A stretch of 64,000 bases of DNA from an uncultured Chloroflexia bacterium (GCA_963811145.1 CAWEQC010000004.1:79752-143751); one strand, 5' to 3'. Shown: positions 1 to 8,826, counted from the first letter of the stretch. Made by a program: numbers and translations. The notes: generated from the sequence alone by a model not told the origin.

Positions 1-91
1 CCTCGGTCCGCCGGCCCCTGAGGCCCTCCTCCCGCCAAACCCTCGTCTCCCACTTCCTGACTTCCTGCCCGCCAATCCTCGGAGCATCGCA

Positions 92-808
92 ATGACCGCT
101 CGCACTCGCACCGCCCATCCGTACCGCGACCTCGACGTCATCGACACACGGGCGCCGCGCTTCAACCAGGCGACCGTCGGCGTCGTGTCGCTGATCGCCG
201 TCGTCACCGGCTGGTGGCCGCTGCTCGGGCTGCTCGCCGCCCAGCTGGGGATCGGCCTTCGCTTCGGCCGTCGTTACTGTCTTCCCTGCGTCGCGTACTT
301 CGAGCTCGTTCAGCCACGCTTCGGTGAGGGCGAGATCGAGGATTCGCGACCGCCGCGCTTCGCGAACCAGGTCGGCCTGGTCGTTCTTGGCTCAGCCACC
401 GTAGCGCACGCCGTCGGGCTGACCATCATCGGCAACAGCCTTGGCCTGATCGTTGCCGGACTCGCGCTGCTTGCCGCCACCACCGGCTTCTGCGTGGGCT
501 GCGAGATGTACCGCATCGGCGCGCAGCTGCGTGGCGTTCGTCGTCGAGAGATCGATCGGGTCGAGCTCGCGGAGCTGGGCGAGCCGCGGGGCACCGGTGC
601 CGGCGACGAGCTGGTGGTGGCCTTCAGCCATCCACTCTGCACCGAGTGCCGAACCGTCCTCGGTGAGCTGGAGGCGGGGTCGGAGCGGTGGGTCAGCGTC
701 GACGTGCGCGATCGGCCGGACCTTGCGCGCAAGTACGGTGTCGCGCTGGTGCCAACCCTGGTCCGCGTTACGGCCGACGGCCGCGTGCTGAACCAGTTCG
801 CCGGCTAG
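92..808 (+). CDS. Membrane protein: DUF4395-like polytopic domain fused to a C-terminal thioredoxin-fold domain
   Basis: 238-aa ORF. The N-terminal half has several hydrophobic helices plus CLPC and CVGC motifs. The C-terminal ~80 aa (VVAFSHPLCTECRTV...YGVALVPTLV) resembles a thioredoxin/glutaredoxin fold with a CTEC site. Confidence 0.7.
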   Translation: MTARTRTAHPYRDLDVIDTRAPRFNQATVGVVSLIAVVTGWWPLLGLLAAQLGIGLRFGRRYCLPCVAYFELVQPRFGEGEIEDSRPPRFANQVGLVVLGSATVAHAVGLTIIGNSLGLIVAGLALLAATTGFCVGCEMYRIGAQLRGVRRREIDRVELAELGEPRGTGAGDELVVAFSHPLCTECRTVLGELEAGSERWVSVDVRDRPDLARKYGVALVPTLVRVTADGRVLNQFAG

Positions 809-824
809 GACCGGTCGAAGATCG

Positions 825-1181
825 TCAGATGATGGGCGGGCGGTCCGGCTCGACCGTCGCCTGGTTCTTCATCACCGCGTCGACCTCGGAATCCGAATCG
901 AGGTTCAGCGGCGCACCCTCGGTGCGCGGGCCTTCGGTCGGCGCCTCCGACCAGTCGCCCTCGGTGACCTCCGCCGCCGTCAATGAGATGCCGATCTCCT
1001 TGAGCTCCGGGCGAACGTGCGCAAGCGTCGCCGCGGGAAGGTAGTGGTGGGTGGCGTTGATCAGGCCCGTCTTCACCAGGATGTAGCGATCCGTCGTCTC
1101 CTCGACGTGACCGACGCCCTGGTCATCGGCGGTTTTGACCGACCACCCGTTCTCGATGCCGTGGATGTCATTCGTCGTCAT
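825..1181 (-). CDS. Small conserved protein (DUF2171 / PRC-barrel-like)
   Basis: Only the last 118 aa of the 348-aa track ORF look protein-like (MTTNDIHGIENGWSVKTADDQGVGHVEETTDRYILVKTG...). The ATG is at 1181-1179. The upstream extension is R/P-rich antisense noise. Confidence 0.55.
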   Translation of the reverse strand: MTTNDIHGIENGWSVKTADDQGVGHVEETTDRYILVKTGLINATHHYLPAATLAHVRPELKEIGISLTAAEVTEGDWSEAPTEGPRTEGAPLNLDSDSEVDAVMKNQATVEPDRPPII

Positions 1182-1222
1182 ACCCGGCCAAGCCAGCACA
1201 TCGCGTGCCGCATCATGGGCCG

Positions 1223-1784
1223 ATGAGCAACGAGCTGACGATCCGCCTCGCCGACCCAGATCGGGACGCCGCGGCCATCGCCGCCATCTACGGCCCGGCC
1301 GTCGAGGAGACGATCGCCTCCTTCGAGGATCCCGCACCCCAGGCCGACGAGATGGCGGGTCGCATCCGCAGCACCCTGGCACGCATGCCCTGGCTGGTGG
1401 CCGAGAGCCACGGGCGCGTGATCGGCTACGCCTACGCCGGACCGCACCGGGAGCGGGCCGGGTATCGATGGTCCGTGGACGTGTCGGCGTACGTTGACCG
1501 CGAGTGGCATCGTCGTGGCGTCGGTCGAGCCCTGTACGACGCTCTGCTGCCGCGCCTGCCGGTCGCAGGGCTTTGTCAACGTGTACGCCGGGATCGCGCT
1601 GCCGAACCCAGCGAGCGTGGCGCTCCACGAGTCGATCGGCATGTGGCGCATCGGCGTCTACGAGCGCGTCGGCTACAAGTTCGGCGCATGGCACGACGTC
1701 GCTTGGTACGGCATCCGCATCGCGGATCCGCCCGGCCCTCCCGACGAACCGATCCCGCTGCCGGAGCAGCCGTCCGGGGCTTGA
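1223..1784 (+). pseudogene. GNAT N-acetyltransferase (phosphinothricin acetyltransferase-like) with one frameshift
   Basis: The N-terminal half (MSNELTIRLADPDRDAAAIAAIYGP...HRRGVGRALYDALLPRL) is in the frame of ORF 1205. The C-terminal half (RSQGFVNVYAGIALPNPASVALHESIGMWRIGVYERVGYKFGAWHDVAWY) is in the frame of ORF 1494. The junction is near 1555-1565. Confidence 0.7.
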
Positions 1785-1818
1785 CTCTCGACCTACCGGA
1801 GACCGCATCCTGCGCGCA

Positions 1819-2631
1819 ATGGATGAGCTGCTGACCATCGGGCGATTCGCGCGACTGAGCGGGCTCAGCATCGGCGCCCTGCGCCACTACCACGAGCTCG
1901 GCCTCCTTCAGCCGCACCGGATCGACCCCGGGACGGGTTATCGCTTCTATGTCGCCGGCCAGCTGGACGAGGCGCGGCTCATCGGCCGGTTACGAGAGCT
2001 CGAGCTCGCGTTGCCCGAGGTGCGGGCAATCCTCGACGCCGTTGCGAGCGAACGTCGCCTCTTGCTGGCAGCGCATCGGTCCCGACTGACCGCACTGTTG
2101 GCGAGGACCCAGCGACAGATCCATTGGCTCAACCAGGCAATCGACCACGAGGAACCGATCATGACCACCGCTTCAACAGTCACCGATGTCGGCGATCGCC
2201 GCCAGCTGGCCGTTGACCTGTTCAACCACGTCTGGACCCTGATCGAGAATCCGGACCGAACACCGATGCAGGACGACGAGATGCTTCATGCCGCCCACGC
2301 CAGCCGATACCACTGGGGCGAGGTCGGGGAACCGGTCAACCTGGCCCGCGGGGAGTGGCAGTGCTCCCGCGTCTACTCCGTGCTCGGCCGCCCCGAGCCT
2401 GCCCTGTGGCACGCCCGGCGCTGCGTCGCGCTGTGCGAGGAGCACGGGATCGGGGACTGGGACATCGCGTTCGCGCACGAGGCGGTCGCGCGCGCGTTGC
2501 GCGTCGCCGGCGACCATGACGGAGCCGATGCGGCCGTTGCCCACGCCCGCGAGCTCGCCGAGAGCATCGCCGAGGGCGAGGACCGCGAGCTTCTCGAGAG
2601 CGATCTGGCGACGATTGACCGCGCCGGCTGA
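1819..2631 (+). CDS. MerR-family transcriptional regulator with C-terminal helical domain
   Basis: Internal ATG at 1819. N-terminus is MDELLTIGRFARLSGLSIGALRHYHELGLLQP..GYRFY, a typical MerR HTH followed by a coiled-coil dimerisation helix. The upstream part of track ORF 1504 overlaps the GNAT gene and is not protein-like. Confidence 0.8.
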   Translation: MDELLTIGRFARLSGLSIGALRHYHELGLLQPHRIDPGTGYRFYVAGQLDEARLIGRLRELELALPEVRAILDAVASERRLLLAAHRSRLTALLARTQRQIHWLNQAIDHEEPIMTTASTVTDVGDRRQLAVDLFNHVWTLIENPDRTPMQDDEMLHAAHASRYHWGEVGEPVNLARGEWQCSRVYSVLGRPEPALWHARRCVALCEEHGIGDWDIAFAHEAVARALRVAGDHDGADAAVAHARELAESIAEGEDRELLESDLATIDRAG

Positions 2632-2754
2632 GCATTCCGCTGTACAACCGCAGTTCAGCCGCAGGTAAGGTTGGTAGCGTGGCCGGCAACCGCGGTCCAA
2701 ACCGGCGCAACCAGAGCGCAGGTACGTGGTTCGCCAGCAAGCGGGGTGAACGAC

Positions 2755-3690
2755 ATGCGTCGCAGTCCAGTCCTTCTCTCGGTGCTCCTGTCGCTCGTCA
2801 TGGCGGTGCCGTGGCTCGGGGTGGCGTCCGCTCCCGCCGCCGCGGGTAGCGCGTGCGATTTGAAGCTCAGCCTGGTCGACGGGGTGCAGACCGACGGCAC
2901 CCTCAGCGTGCGTGAGTGGGAGGACTTCGTCGTCTTTGGCTACGGATTCCCCGTCAGCAGCACGATCGACCTCGCGTTCGACTCGTCTGCCGGTGCCGCC
3001 GACTTCGAGGTCGCGACGGACGCGTCCGGCGAGTTCGCCGAGATCTTCTTCTTCGAGCGCGGCGCGGCCGGGAGCAACTGGACCGTGGTCGCGGACACGC
3101 GCCCGGTGGGTCAGTGCACCGCGGTCACGCAGGCCGACCTGACCGTCACCGCCGCGGATCCATACACCGACGTGATCGGCCACCCCTTCGACCGGGAGAT
3201 CGCCTGGATGTACCGCGAGGGCATCACGACGGGCTGCGCGTCCACGCTGTACTGCCCCGAGGCCGCGGTGACTCGACAGCAGATGGCGTCCTTCCTCACT
3301 CGTGCGTTCGATCTGCCCGCCACGGTGACCGACTACTTCACCGATGACGCCGGCAGCGTCCACCAGGCGGACATCAACAGCCTTGCCGAAGCCAACATCA
3401 CCCAGGGCTGCGGCCCGATGCTGTTCTGCCCGACCACCTCGGTCAGCCGCGAGCAGATGGCCTCCTTCCTGACGCGCGCGTTCGATCTGCCGGCAACGGC
3501 GACCGACTACTTCGTCGACGACGAGGCGAGCGACCACGAGGCCGACATCAACAGCCTGGCAGCGGCGGGGCTGACGACCGGCTGCGGGGACGGGACGACC
3601 TATTGCCCCACGGCGGCGATCACGCGGGGCCAGATGGCGGCCTTCCTGTTCCGCGCCATCTACATCGCAGGCTACGCGTACGTGCCGTAG
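2755..3690 (+). CDS. Secreted protein with three C-terminal SLH (S-layer homology) repeats
   Basis: Signal peptide MRRSPVLLSVLLSLVMAVPWLGVASAPAAAG. Three ~55-aa repeats of the form F.D....H..DI..L...GIT.GC....YCP...VTR.QMA.FL.RAFDLP, also visible as DNA-level repeats (cagatggc.tccttcct...gcgttcgatctgcc). Confidence 0.8.
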   Translation: MRRSPVLLSVLLSLVMAVPWLGVASAPAAAGSACDLKLSLVDGVQTDGTLSVREWEDFVVFGYGFPVSSTIDLAFDSSAGAADFEVATDASGEFAEIFFFERGAAGSNWTVVADTRPVGQCTAVTQADLTVTAADPYTDVIGHPFDREIAWMYREGITTGCASTLYCPEAAVTRQQMASFLTRAFDLPATVTDYFTDDAGSVHQADINSLAEANITQGCGPMLFCPTTSVSREQMASFLTRAFDLPATATDYFVDDEASDHEADINSLAAAGLTTGCGDGTTYCPTAAITRGQMAAFLFRAIYIAGYAYVP

Positions 3691-3769
3691 GCGCCCACGG
3701 ACCAACGGCGGCTGAGCAGCGGAGGGCTCGTGGACGGCAGGCCGACATCGGCCTAGGCTGAGCCGCACC

Positions 3770-5803
3770 ATGAGCACCTTCCGCTACTCGCGATGGGATG
3801 GCAGCCAGCAGCTGCCGGCCTTCGATGCGGACGACGTGCTCGACGCACTCTCGGACGACATCCTGGCGGAAGGCGACGTCCGCAGAGCCCTCCAGCGGCT
3901 CATGCAGCGCGGGCTGCGCGGTACCCGCGGCGGCGACATTCCGGGGCTTCGCAAGATCATGGAACGCCTCCGGGCCAGGCGGCAGGCTGAGCTCGAGCGC
4001 GCCAACCTCGACGGGGTGCTCGACGACGTCAATCGGCGCCTCGACGAGATCCTGGAGACCGAGCGCCAGGGGATCGCCGAGCGCGTGAAGGCGGCCGAGC
4101 AGCGCGCGCTGGACGCGCCGCCGGGATCGGACCAGGACGCCGCCCGCATGGCGGAGCAGGTCATGCGCCGCACGGCTCGCCAGCGTGAGAACCGCCTCGA
4201 CGCGCTGCCGCCGAACCTGGCCGGCCGCCTCAACGGCCTGCGTGACTACGAGTTCATGGACGACGCGGCCCGTGACGCGTTCAGCGAGCTGACCGACGAG
4301 CTGCGCCAGCAGATGCTGCAGACCTACTTCCAGGGGCTCAAGGAGGGCGTCGAGCGCGTGACGCCAGAGGACCTTGCCGGCATCCGCGAGATGGTGCGCG
4401 ACCTCAACGCGCTGCTCGAGAAGCACGCCACCGGGGCCGATACGACCGACGACTTCGCCAGCTTCATGGCCCAGCACGGGCAATACTTCCCGCCCGGGAT
4501 CTCGAACGTCGACGAGCTGATCGAGCACCTGCACCGCCAGGCATCGCAGATGGCCTCGCTGCTCAACAGCATGTCGCCGGAGATGCGGGACGAGCTGCGC
4601 TCGATGATGGACGAGCTGCTGCGGGACGATCGGCTGCAGATCGACATGGCGCGCCTGGCCGGCAACCTCCAGATGGCACGGCCCGATCTGCCATTCGGCG
4701 AGCCCTATCCGTTCGAGGGTGATGAGCCGATGGGCCTGGCCGATGCGATGGCCGCCATCGATCGCCAGCAGCAGTACGACGCCATGGAGGAGGCGCTCGG
4801 CGCCGCCCGGGATCCGGACGCGCTCGAGCGGGTCGACCCCGACTCGCTGCGCGACCTTGCCGGCGACGACGCGATCGACGACCTGCAGCAGCTCCAGGAG
4901 CTCACGCGTGCGCTGACCGATGCCGGCTACCTCGATCGCGACGGCGGCCGGCTCGAGCTGACGCCGCGCGCCGCGCGCAAGCTCGGCATGCGGGCGCTGA
5001 CCGACATCTTCAGCCGACTGCGCCGCGAGGGGTTCGGCGGCCACGCCATTCCGCGCGGCGGCCGCGGCGGCGAGCCGACCGAGGAGACGAAGCGCTACGA
5101 GTTCGGCGACCCGTTCGCGGTCGACATCAACCGCACCCTGTTCAACGCCATGGCCCGCGGCGGCGCCGGCACGCCGGTCATCATCGGCCCGGACGACTTC
5201 GAGGTCAGCCGGTCGGAGGAGACGACGGTCTCCTCGACGGTGCTGCTGCTCGACATGAGCCGATCGATGCTGCTGCGCGGCTGCTCATCGGCGGCCAAGA
5301 AGGTGGCGATGGCGCTCCACACGCTCATCCACACCAAGTACCCGCGCGACCGGCTGTTCGTGGTCGGGTTCGCCTATTACGCGCGGCAGCTGAAGCCGGA
5401 GTCGATCCCGACCCTGTCGCCCTACGAGTTCGAGTACGGCACGAACCTCCAGCACGCGCTGATCATCGCCCGGCAGCTGCTTGGCCGATCCCACGGCGGC
5501 AACAAGGAGATCGTGGTCATCACCGATGGTGAGCCGACGGCGCACATCGACAACGGCCAGGTCGAGTTCGCCTATCCGCCGACCCTGCGGACCGTCCAAT
5601 CCACGCTCCGCGAAGTGGGCCGATGCACCCGCGAGGGGATCGTCATCAACACGTTCATGCTCGAGCGGTCGCGGTACCTCTCCGAGTTCGTCGACCTGAT
5701 GTCGCGCATCAATCGCGGGCGGGCGTTCTACGTCGAGCCCGAGCATCTCGGCGAGTACGTCCTGGTCGACTACGTCAACAAGAAGACGAAGCGAGTGGCG
5801 TGA
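3770..5803 (+). CDS. VWA (von Willebrand factor A) domain protein with long helical N-terminal region
   Basis: 677-aa clean ORF. C-terminal VWA/MIDAS region VLLLDMSRSM...GTNLQHAL...VVITDGEPTAH. The N-terminal 450 aa are E/R/L/D-rich and predicted helical. Confidence 0.85.
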   Translation: MSTFRYSRWDGSQQLPAFDADDVLDALSDDILAEGDVRRALQRLMQRGLRGTRGGDIPGLRKIMERLRARRQAELERANLDGVLDDVNRRLDEILETERQGIAERVKAAEQRALDAPPGSDQDAARMAEQVMRRTARQRENRLDALPPNLAGRLNGLRDYEFMDDAARDAFSELTDELRQQMLQTYFQGLKEGVERVTPEDLAGIREMVRDLNALLEKHATGADTTDDFASFMAQHGQYFPPGISNVDELIEHLHRQASQMASLLNSMSPEMRDELRSMMDELLRDDRLQIDMARLAGNLQMARPDLPFGEPYPFEGDEPMGLADAMAAIDRQQQYDAMEEALGAARDPDALERVDPDSLRDLAGDDAIDDLQQLQELTRALTDAGYLDRDGGRLELTPRAARKLGMRALTDIFSRLRREGFGGHAIPRGGRGGEPTEETKRYEFGDPFAVDINRTLFNAMARGGAGTPVIIGPDDFEVSRSEETTVSSTVLLLDMSRSMLLRGCSSAAKKVAMALHTLIHTKYPRDRLFVVGFAYYARQLKPESIPTLSPYEFEYGTNLQHALIIARQLLGRSHGGNKEIVVITDGEPTAHIDNGQVEFAYPPTLRTVQSTLREVGRCTREGIVINTFMLERSRYLSEFVDLMSRINRGRAFYVEPEHLGEYVLVDYVNKKTKRVA

Positions 5804-5810
5804 CGCCGGG

Positions 5811-6057
5811 TGACCCGTACCCACGGGTCATAGGTGGGCTGAGCCTGAGCTTCAGACGCGTTTCGCTCGTGGCACGGGTCAAATCGCGACACAGCCCTGG
5901 TCCTTCACCCGCTCCTTCGCGCTAAGACCCGCCCCACGGGTCAACCGTTGGCTGAGCCCGAGCTCCTCCGCGATCGACCCGCAAGTACGGGTCAAATCGC
6001 GCCCGAGCCCGGGTCGCGCATCCGCTCCTCCGCCCGTTGACCCGCCCCACGGGTCAA
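5811..6057. repeat. Intergenic tandem repeat (113-bp period, about 2.1 copies) carrying TGACCCG-N5/6-CGGGTCA palindromes
   Basis: ccacgggtca recurs at 5821, 5934 and 6047. acgggtcaaatcgcg recurs at 5874 and 5987, also 113 bp apart. Palindromes lie at 5811-5830 (7+6+7, perfect), 5926-5942, 5976-5993 and 6037-6057 (8+5+8, perfect). Confidence 0.75.
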
Positions 6058-6063
6058 ACGCGA

Positions 6064-6300
6064 TTAGCGTGCCTGCTGCGTGCCTTTCCGCTCGTTTCCA
6101 CGCTTGAAGTTGCCGGTCGCGCGGGCCATCAGCTGCTGGGCGGCGGGCCCATCGGCGCCGCTGACGCGGGAGGCGAACTTCGCCGCGGCCTTGCCGCGCA
6201 GGAGCGTCACGGGCGCGTCGTGATAGCGAATCACGATGGCGCCGTCGGCTCGGCTGAGCCAGCTGAACGGCTCGTGGGCGAGGGGATCGGGTACCGGCAC
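6064..6300 (-). CDS. Small conserved hypothetical protein (C-terminal ...QQLMARATGNFKRGNERK motif)
   Basis: The C-terminal ~78 aa of track ORF 6064..6411 look protein-like (PVPDPLAHEPFSWLSRADGAIVIRYHDAPVTLLRGKAAAKFASRV...). The start is uncertain: GTG at 6300 is preferred, ATG at 6411 is possible. Confidence 0.5.
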   Translation of the reverse strand: MPVPDPLAHEPFSWLSRADGAIVIRYHDAPVTLLRGKAAAKFASRVSGADGPAAQQLMARATGNFKRGNERKGTQQAR

Positions 6301-6337
6301 CTCGCAACGATAGCGCCGGGTGGCAGAATCGAGAACG

Positions 6338-7237
6338 ATGAAGATCGGAGTCCAGCTTCCCGAGGTCGAGCGCGTCGTGCCGTGGGCGGAGCTGCGCGAG
6401 ATGGCGGTCACGGCGGAGCGTATCGGCCTCGACTCGCTGTGGGTGGGCGACCACCTGCTCTACCGCGGCGACGGCGAGCCGGCCCGCGGCCCCTGGGAGG
6501 CGTGGTCGACGCTGGCGGCGCTCGCGGCGGTGACCGAGCGGATCGAGATCGGTCCGCTGGTGGCGGCGACCAGCTTCCACAATCCGGCCATGCTGGCCAA
6601 GAAGGCGGCCACGGTCGACGAGATCAGCGCCGGCCGCCTCATCCTGGGACTTGGCGCCGGCTGGAACGAGGTGGAGTACGCCGCGTACGGCTACCCATTC
6701 GACCACCGCGTCAGCCGCTTCGAGGAGGCGTTCACCATCGTCCGGCTGCTCCTCTCCACCGGCCGCTGCGACTTCCACGGCACCTACTTCCAGCTCCACG
6801 ACTGCGAGCTGCTGCCGCGCGGCCCGCGCCCCGAAGGCCCGCCGCTGATGATCGGATCGATCGGCGAGCGGATGCTGCGCATCACCCTGCCGCATGTCGC
6901 CGCCTGGAACGCGTGGTACCAGTGGTTCGGGAACAGCGTCGAGGGATACCTGCCCCTGCGTGACAAGGTCGACGCCGCGTGCCGCGACGTCGGCCGCGAC
7001 CCGTCAACGGTCGAGCGCACGGTGGCAGTCCTGGTCGGATTCGCCGGCGCGGCCGGGCGCAGCTCTGCCGTGGCCGAGGAGAACTTCGAGCCGATCGAGG
7101 GCGATCCCGCGGTGCTCATCCCGGCATTGCGAGGCTTCGCCGATGCCGGCATCGGGCACGTGCAGCTCGTCCTGGACCCGATCACCGTCGAGAGCATCGC
7201 GGCCCTCGAGCCGACCGTCTCCGCGCTGGGCGGCTGA
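6338..7237 (+). CDS. Luciferase-like monooxygenase (LLM) class, probably F420-dependent oxidoreductase
   Basis: MKIGVQLPE...GLDSLWVGDHLL...FHNPAMLAKKAATVDEISAGRLILGLGAGW is typical of the LLM family. The ATG at 6338 is preferred over the GTG at 6320. Confidence 0.85.
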   Translation: MKIGVQLPEVERVVPWAELREMAVTAERIGLDSLWVGDHLLYRGDGEPARGPWEAWSTLAALAAVTERIEIGPLVAATSFHNPAMLAKKAATVDEISAGRLILGLGAGWNEVEYAAYGYPFDHRVSRFEEAFTIVRLLLSTGRCDFHGTYFQLHDCELLPRGPRPEGPPLMIGSIGERMLRITLPHVAAWNAWYQWFGNSVEGYLPLRDKVDAACRDVGRDPSTVERTVAVLVGFAGAAGRSSAVAEENFEPIEGDPAVLIPALRGFADAGIGHVQLVLDPITVESIAALEPTVSALGG

Positions 7238-7250
7238 TACCATCGGCCGC

Positions 7251-7661
7251 ATGGACGAGAGCGCAGACGCGACCCCTCCACCGATGGCGGTCGGTCGCTC
7301 TGGGCGCCTCGAGGCGGCCGCCCTCGAGGCGGGCGGCGATCACGCAGTGCTCGTCCGGGAGACCGGCAGCCATGCCCGCAACCGCGCGCTGCTGACCACC
7401 GACAAGCTGCCGAGCGGCGAGCGACTTGTCGTCATGCCGCTCGACCAGGAGGTCGAGATCAGGGTCGATGGCGACGCGCTCGCGGTCTGGCTGGGCAGCG
7501 GAGTGCTGGGTGACGTTCCGCGCCAGCACCACGCCCTCCCACAGGCCGATGTTCCGCCCTGGGCAAGCATCATCGGCGGCGCGCTGCTCATCACGGTGCT
7601 CGCCTTCGCCGTCATCGGCTCGGCGGTCGTGTTCAGCTGGCTGACGAGGGCGCTCACGTGA
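7251..7661 (+). CDS. Hypothetical protein with C-terminal transmembrane anchor
   Basis: ATG at 7251 within track ORF 6894. 136 aa ending in the hydrophobic helix WASIIGGALLITVLAFAVIGSAVVFSWL. The stop overlaps the next start (GTGA at 7658). Confidence 0.5.
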   Translation: MDESADATPPPMAVGRSGRLEAAALEAGGDHAVLVRETGSHARNRALLTTDKLPSGERLVVMPLDQEVEIRVDGDALAVWLGSGVLGDVPRQHHALPQADVPPWASIIGGALLITVLAFAVIGSAVVFSWLTRALT

Positions 7662-7963
7662 GCGAGAAGGCGCAGATCGAGGTCCCGGCGACGGGCCTGG
7701 CTGCCATGCGGATCGACCTCGAGTTCGGCGGCACGGCCGACTTCGTCGACTCGTTCGAGCGTGCCCTGGCTCGCGGTGGCGAGCAGGGCGCCACGCTGGT
7801 GGCGGTGCTCGATCGGGGTGACCTGGGGATCCACCTGCCGCGTGTCGACGGCCCGTGCTGGAACTCGGTGCCGCTCTTCCACCTGCATCGAGGTGAGCAG
7901 CCGACGCCGGGCGACTGGGCGACCACCAGCGGCATCCTCGAGAAGCTGGAGCGGTACCGCTAG
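7658..7963 (+). CDS. Hypothetical protein
   Basis: 101-aa ORF translationally coupled to the upstream gene. Acidic, with globular-looking composition. No family recognised. Confidence 0.45.
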   Translation: MSEKAQIEVPATGLAAMRIDLEFGGTADFVDSFERALARGGEQGATLVAVLDRGDLGIHLPRVDGPCWNSVPLFHLHRGEQPTPGDWATTSGILEKLERYR

Positions 7964-7966
7964 CCG

Positions 7967-8815
7967 ATGCGCATCTACCTGTCGGTCGACATGGAGGGGC
8001 TTGCCGGGGTCGCGCATCCGCACCAGGTCGTGTTCGGGCTCAACGGCCTCGATCGCACCGACTACGACCGCAGCCGTGGGCTGATGGCCGGCGAGACGAA
8101 CGCGGCGATCGATGCCGCGTTCGAGCACGGTGCGAGCGAGGTGGTCGTCAACGACTGCCACTGGCAGATGCGCAACCTGCGCGCGGAGGATCTGCACGAC
8201 GGCGCGCGGCTCATCGTGGGCGACAAGCCGTACAGCATGACGCAGGGGATCGGCGGGCCGGGCGACGGCGCGTTCGACGCGGCGGCCTTCATCGGCTACC
8301 ACGCCGGCGCTGGCCATCCGACCGGCGTGATCGCTCACACCTACTCGTCGGTCACCGTGCTCGAGATCCGTGCCAACGGCGTGCCGCACAACGAGGCGGG
8401 GCTCAACGCCATCCGGCTGGGTCACCACGGCGTGCCGGTCATGCTGGTGGCCGGCGACGACGCCCTCGCCACCGAGATCGAGGCGCTGCTCCCGTGGGCG
8501 GAGCGCGTGATCGTCAAGCGCGCGCTCGGTTCGAACGTGGCCGAGTCGCTGGCGCCGGCCGACGCCCACCGAGCCATCCGCGACGGAATGGAGCGCGCCA
8601 TCGGCCGCCTGAGCGAGATGCGACTCTACGAGCCCGCACGGCCGATCGCCGGCGAGATCGACTTCCGGCTGCCGGCGATGGCCGACTACGCCTGCGTCCT
8701 TCCCGGCGTCGAGCGGATCGGGCCGCGCACGGTCGGCTTCAGCGCGGCCGACGGCGATACCTGGTACCGCACCTGCCTGGTGCTGACCCGGCTGGCAGCC
8801 ATCCCGGCCGCCTAG
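7967..8815 (+). CDS. Peptidase M55, D-aminopeptidase (DppA type)
   Basis: MRIYLSVDMEGLAGV...NDCHW...GYHAGAG...TYS matches the M55 family signature regions. Confidence 0.85.
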   Translation: MRIYLSVDMEGLAGVAHPHQVVFGLNGLDRTDYDRSRGLMAGETNAAIDAAFEHGASEVVVNDCHWQMRNLRAEDLHDGARLIVGDKPYSMTQGIGGPGDGAFDAAAFIGYHAGAGHPTGVIAHTYSSVTVLEIRANGVPHNEAGLNAIRLGHHGVPVMLVAGDDALATEIEALLPWAERVIVKRALGSNVAESLAPADAHRAIRDGMERAIGRLSEMRLYEPARPIAGEIDFRLPAMADYACVLPGVERIGPRTVGFSAADGDTWYRTCLVLTRLAAIPAA

Positions 8816-8826
8816 CCAGCGCGCCG

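Noticed and set aside
1205-1222. Upstream ATG (MPHHGP...) as the start of the GNAT gene, and long N-terminal extensions offered by the ORF track for other genes (1504, 2671, 6894, 8494, 20577-frame tails, 22625, 36556-38115, 38723-41338, 52691, 53118, 58560, 61170).
   Set aside because: The extensions overlap neighbouring genes or have antisense-like composition. Internal starts with SD-like sequences, or ATGA/GTGA coupling to the upstream stop, fit better.
2173-3777. 534-aa minus-strand ORF, one of many long ORFs lying antisense to real genes. Others include 3620-5044(-), 5879-6895(-), 7340-8569(-), 16594-17916(+), 17907-19373(-), 19216-20430(-), 28072-29904(+), 29988-31871(+), 36367-38091(+), 41444-43084(-) and 58045-59007(-).
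   Set aside because: Their translations are R/A/G/P/H-rich with no recognisable motifs. Each lies opposite or out of frame to a gene with clear family signatures. Stop-poor alternative frames are expected at about 70% GC.
5811-6057. Repeat region considered as a CRISPR array.
   Set aside because: The 113-bp units are repeated as a whole with no unique spacers, there are only about 2 copies, and there are no cas genes.
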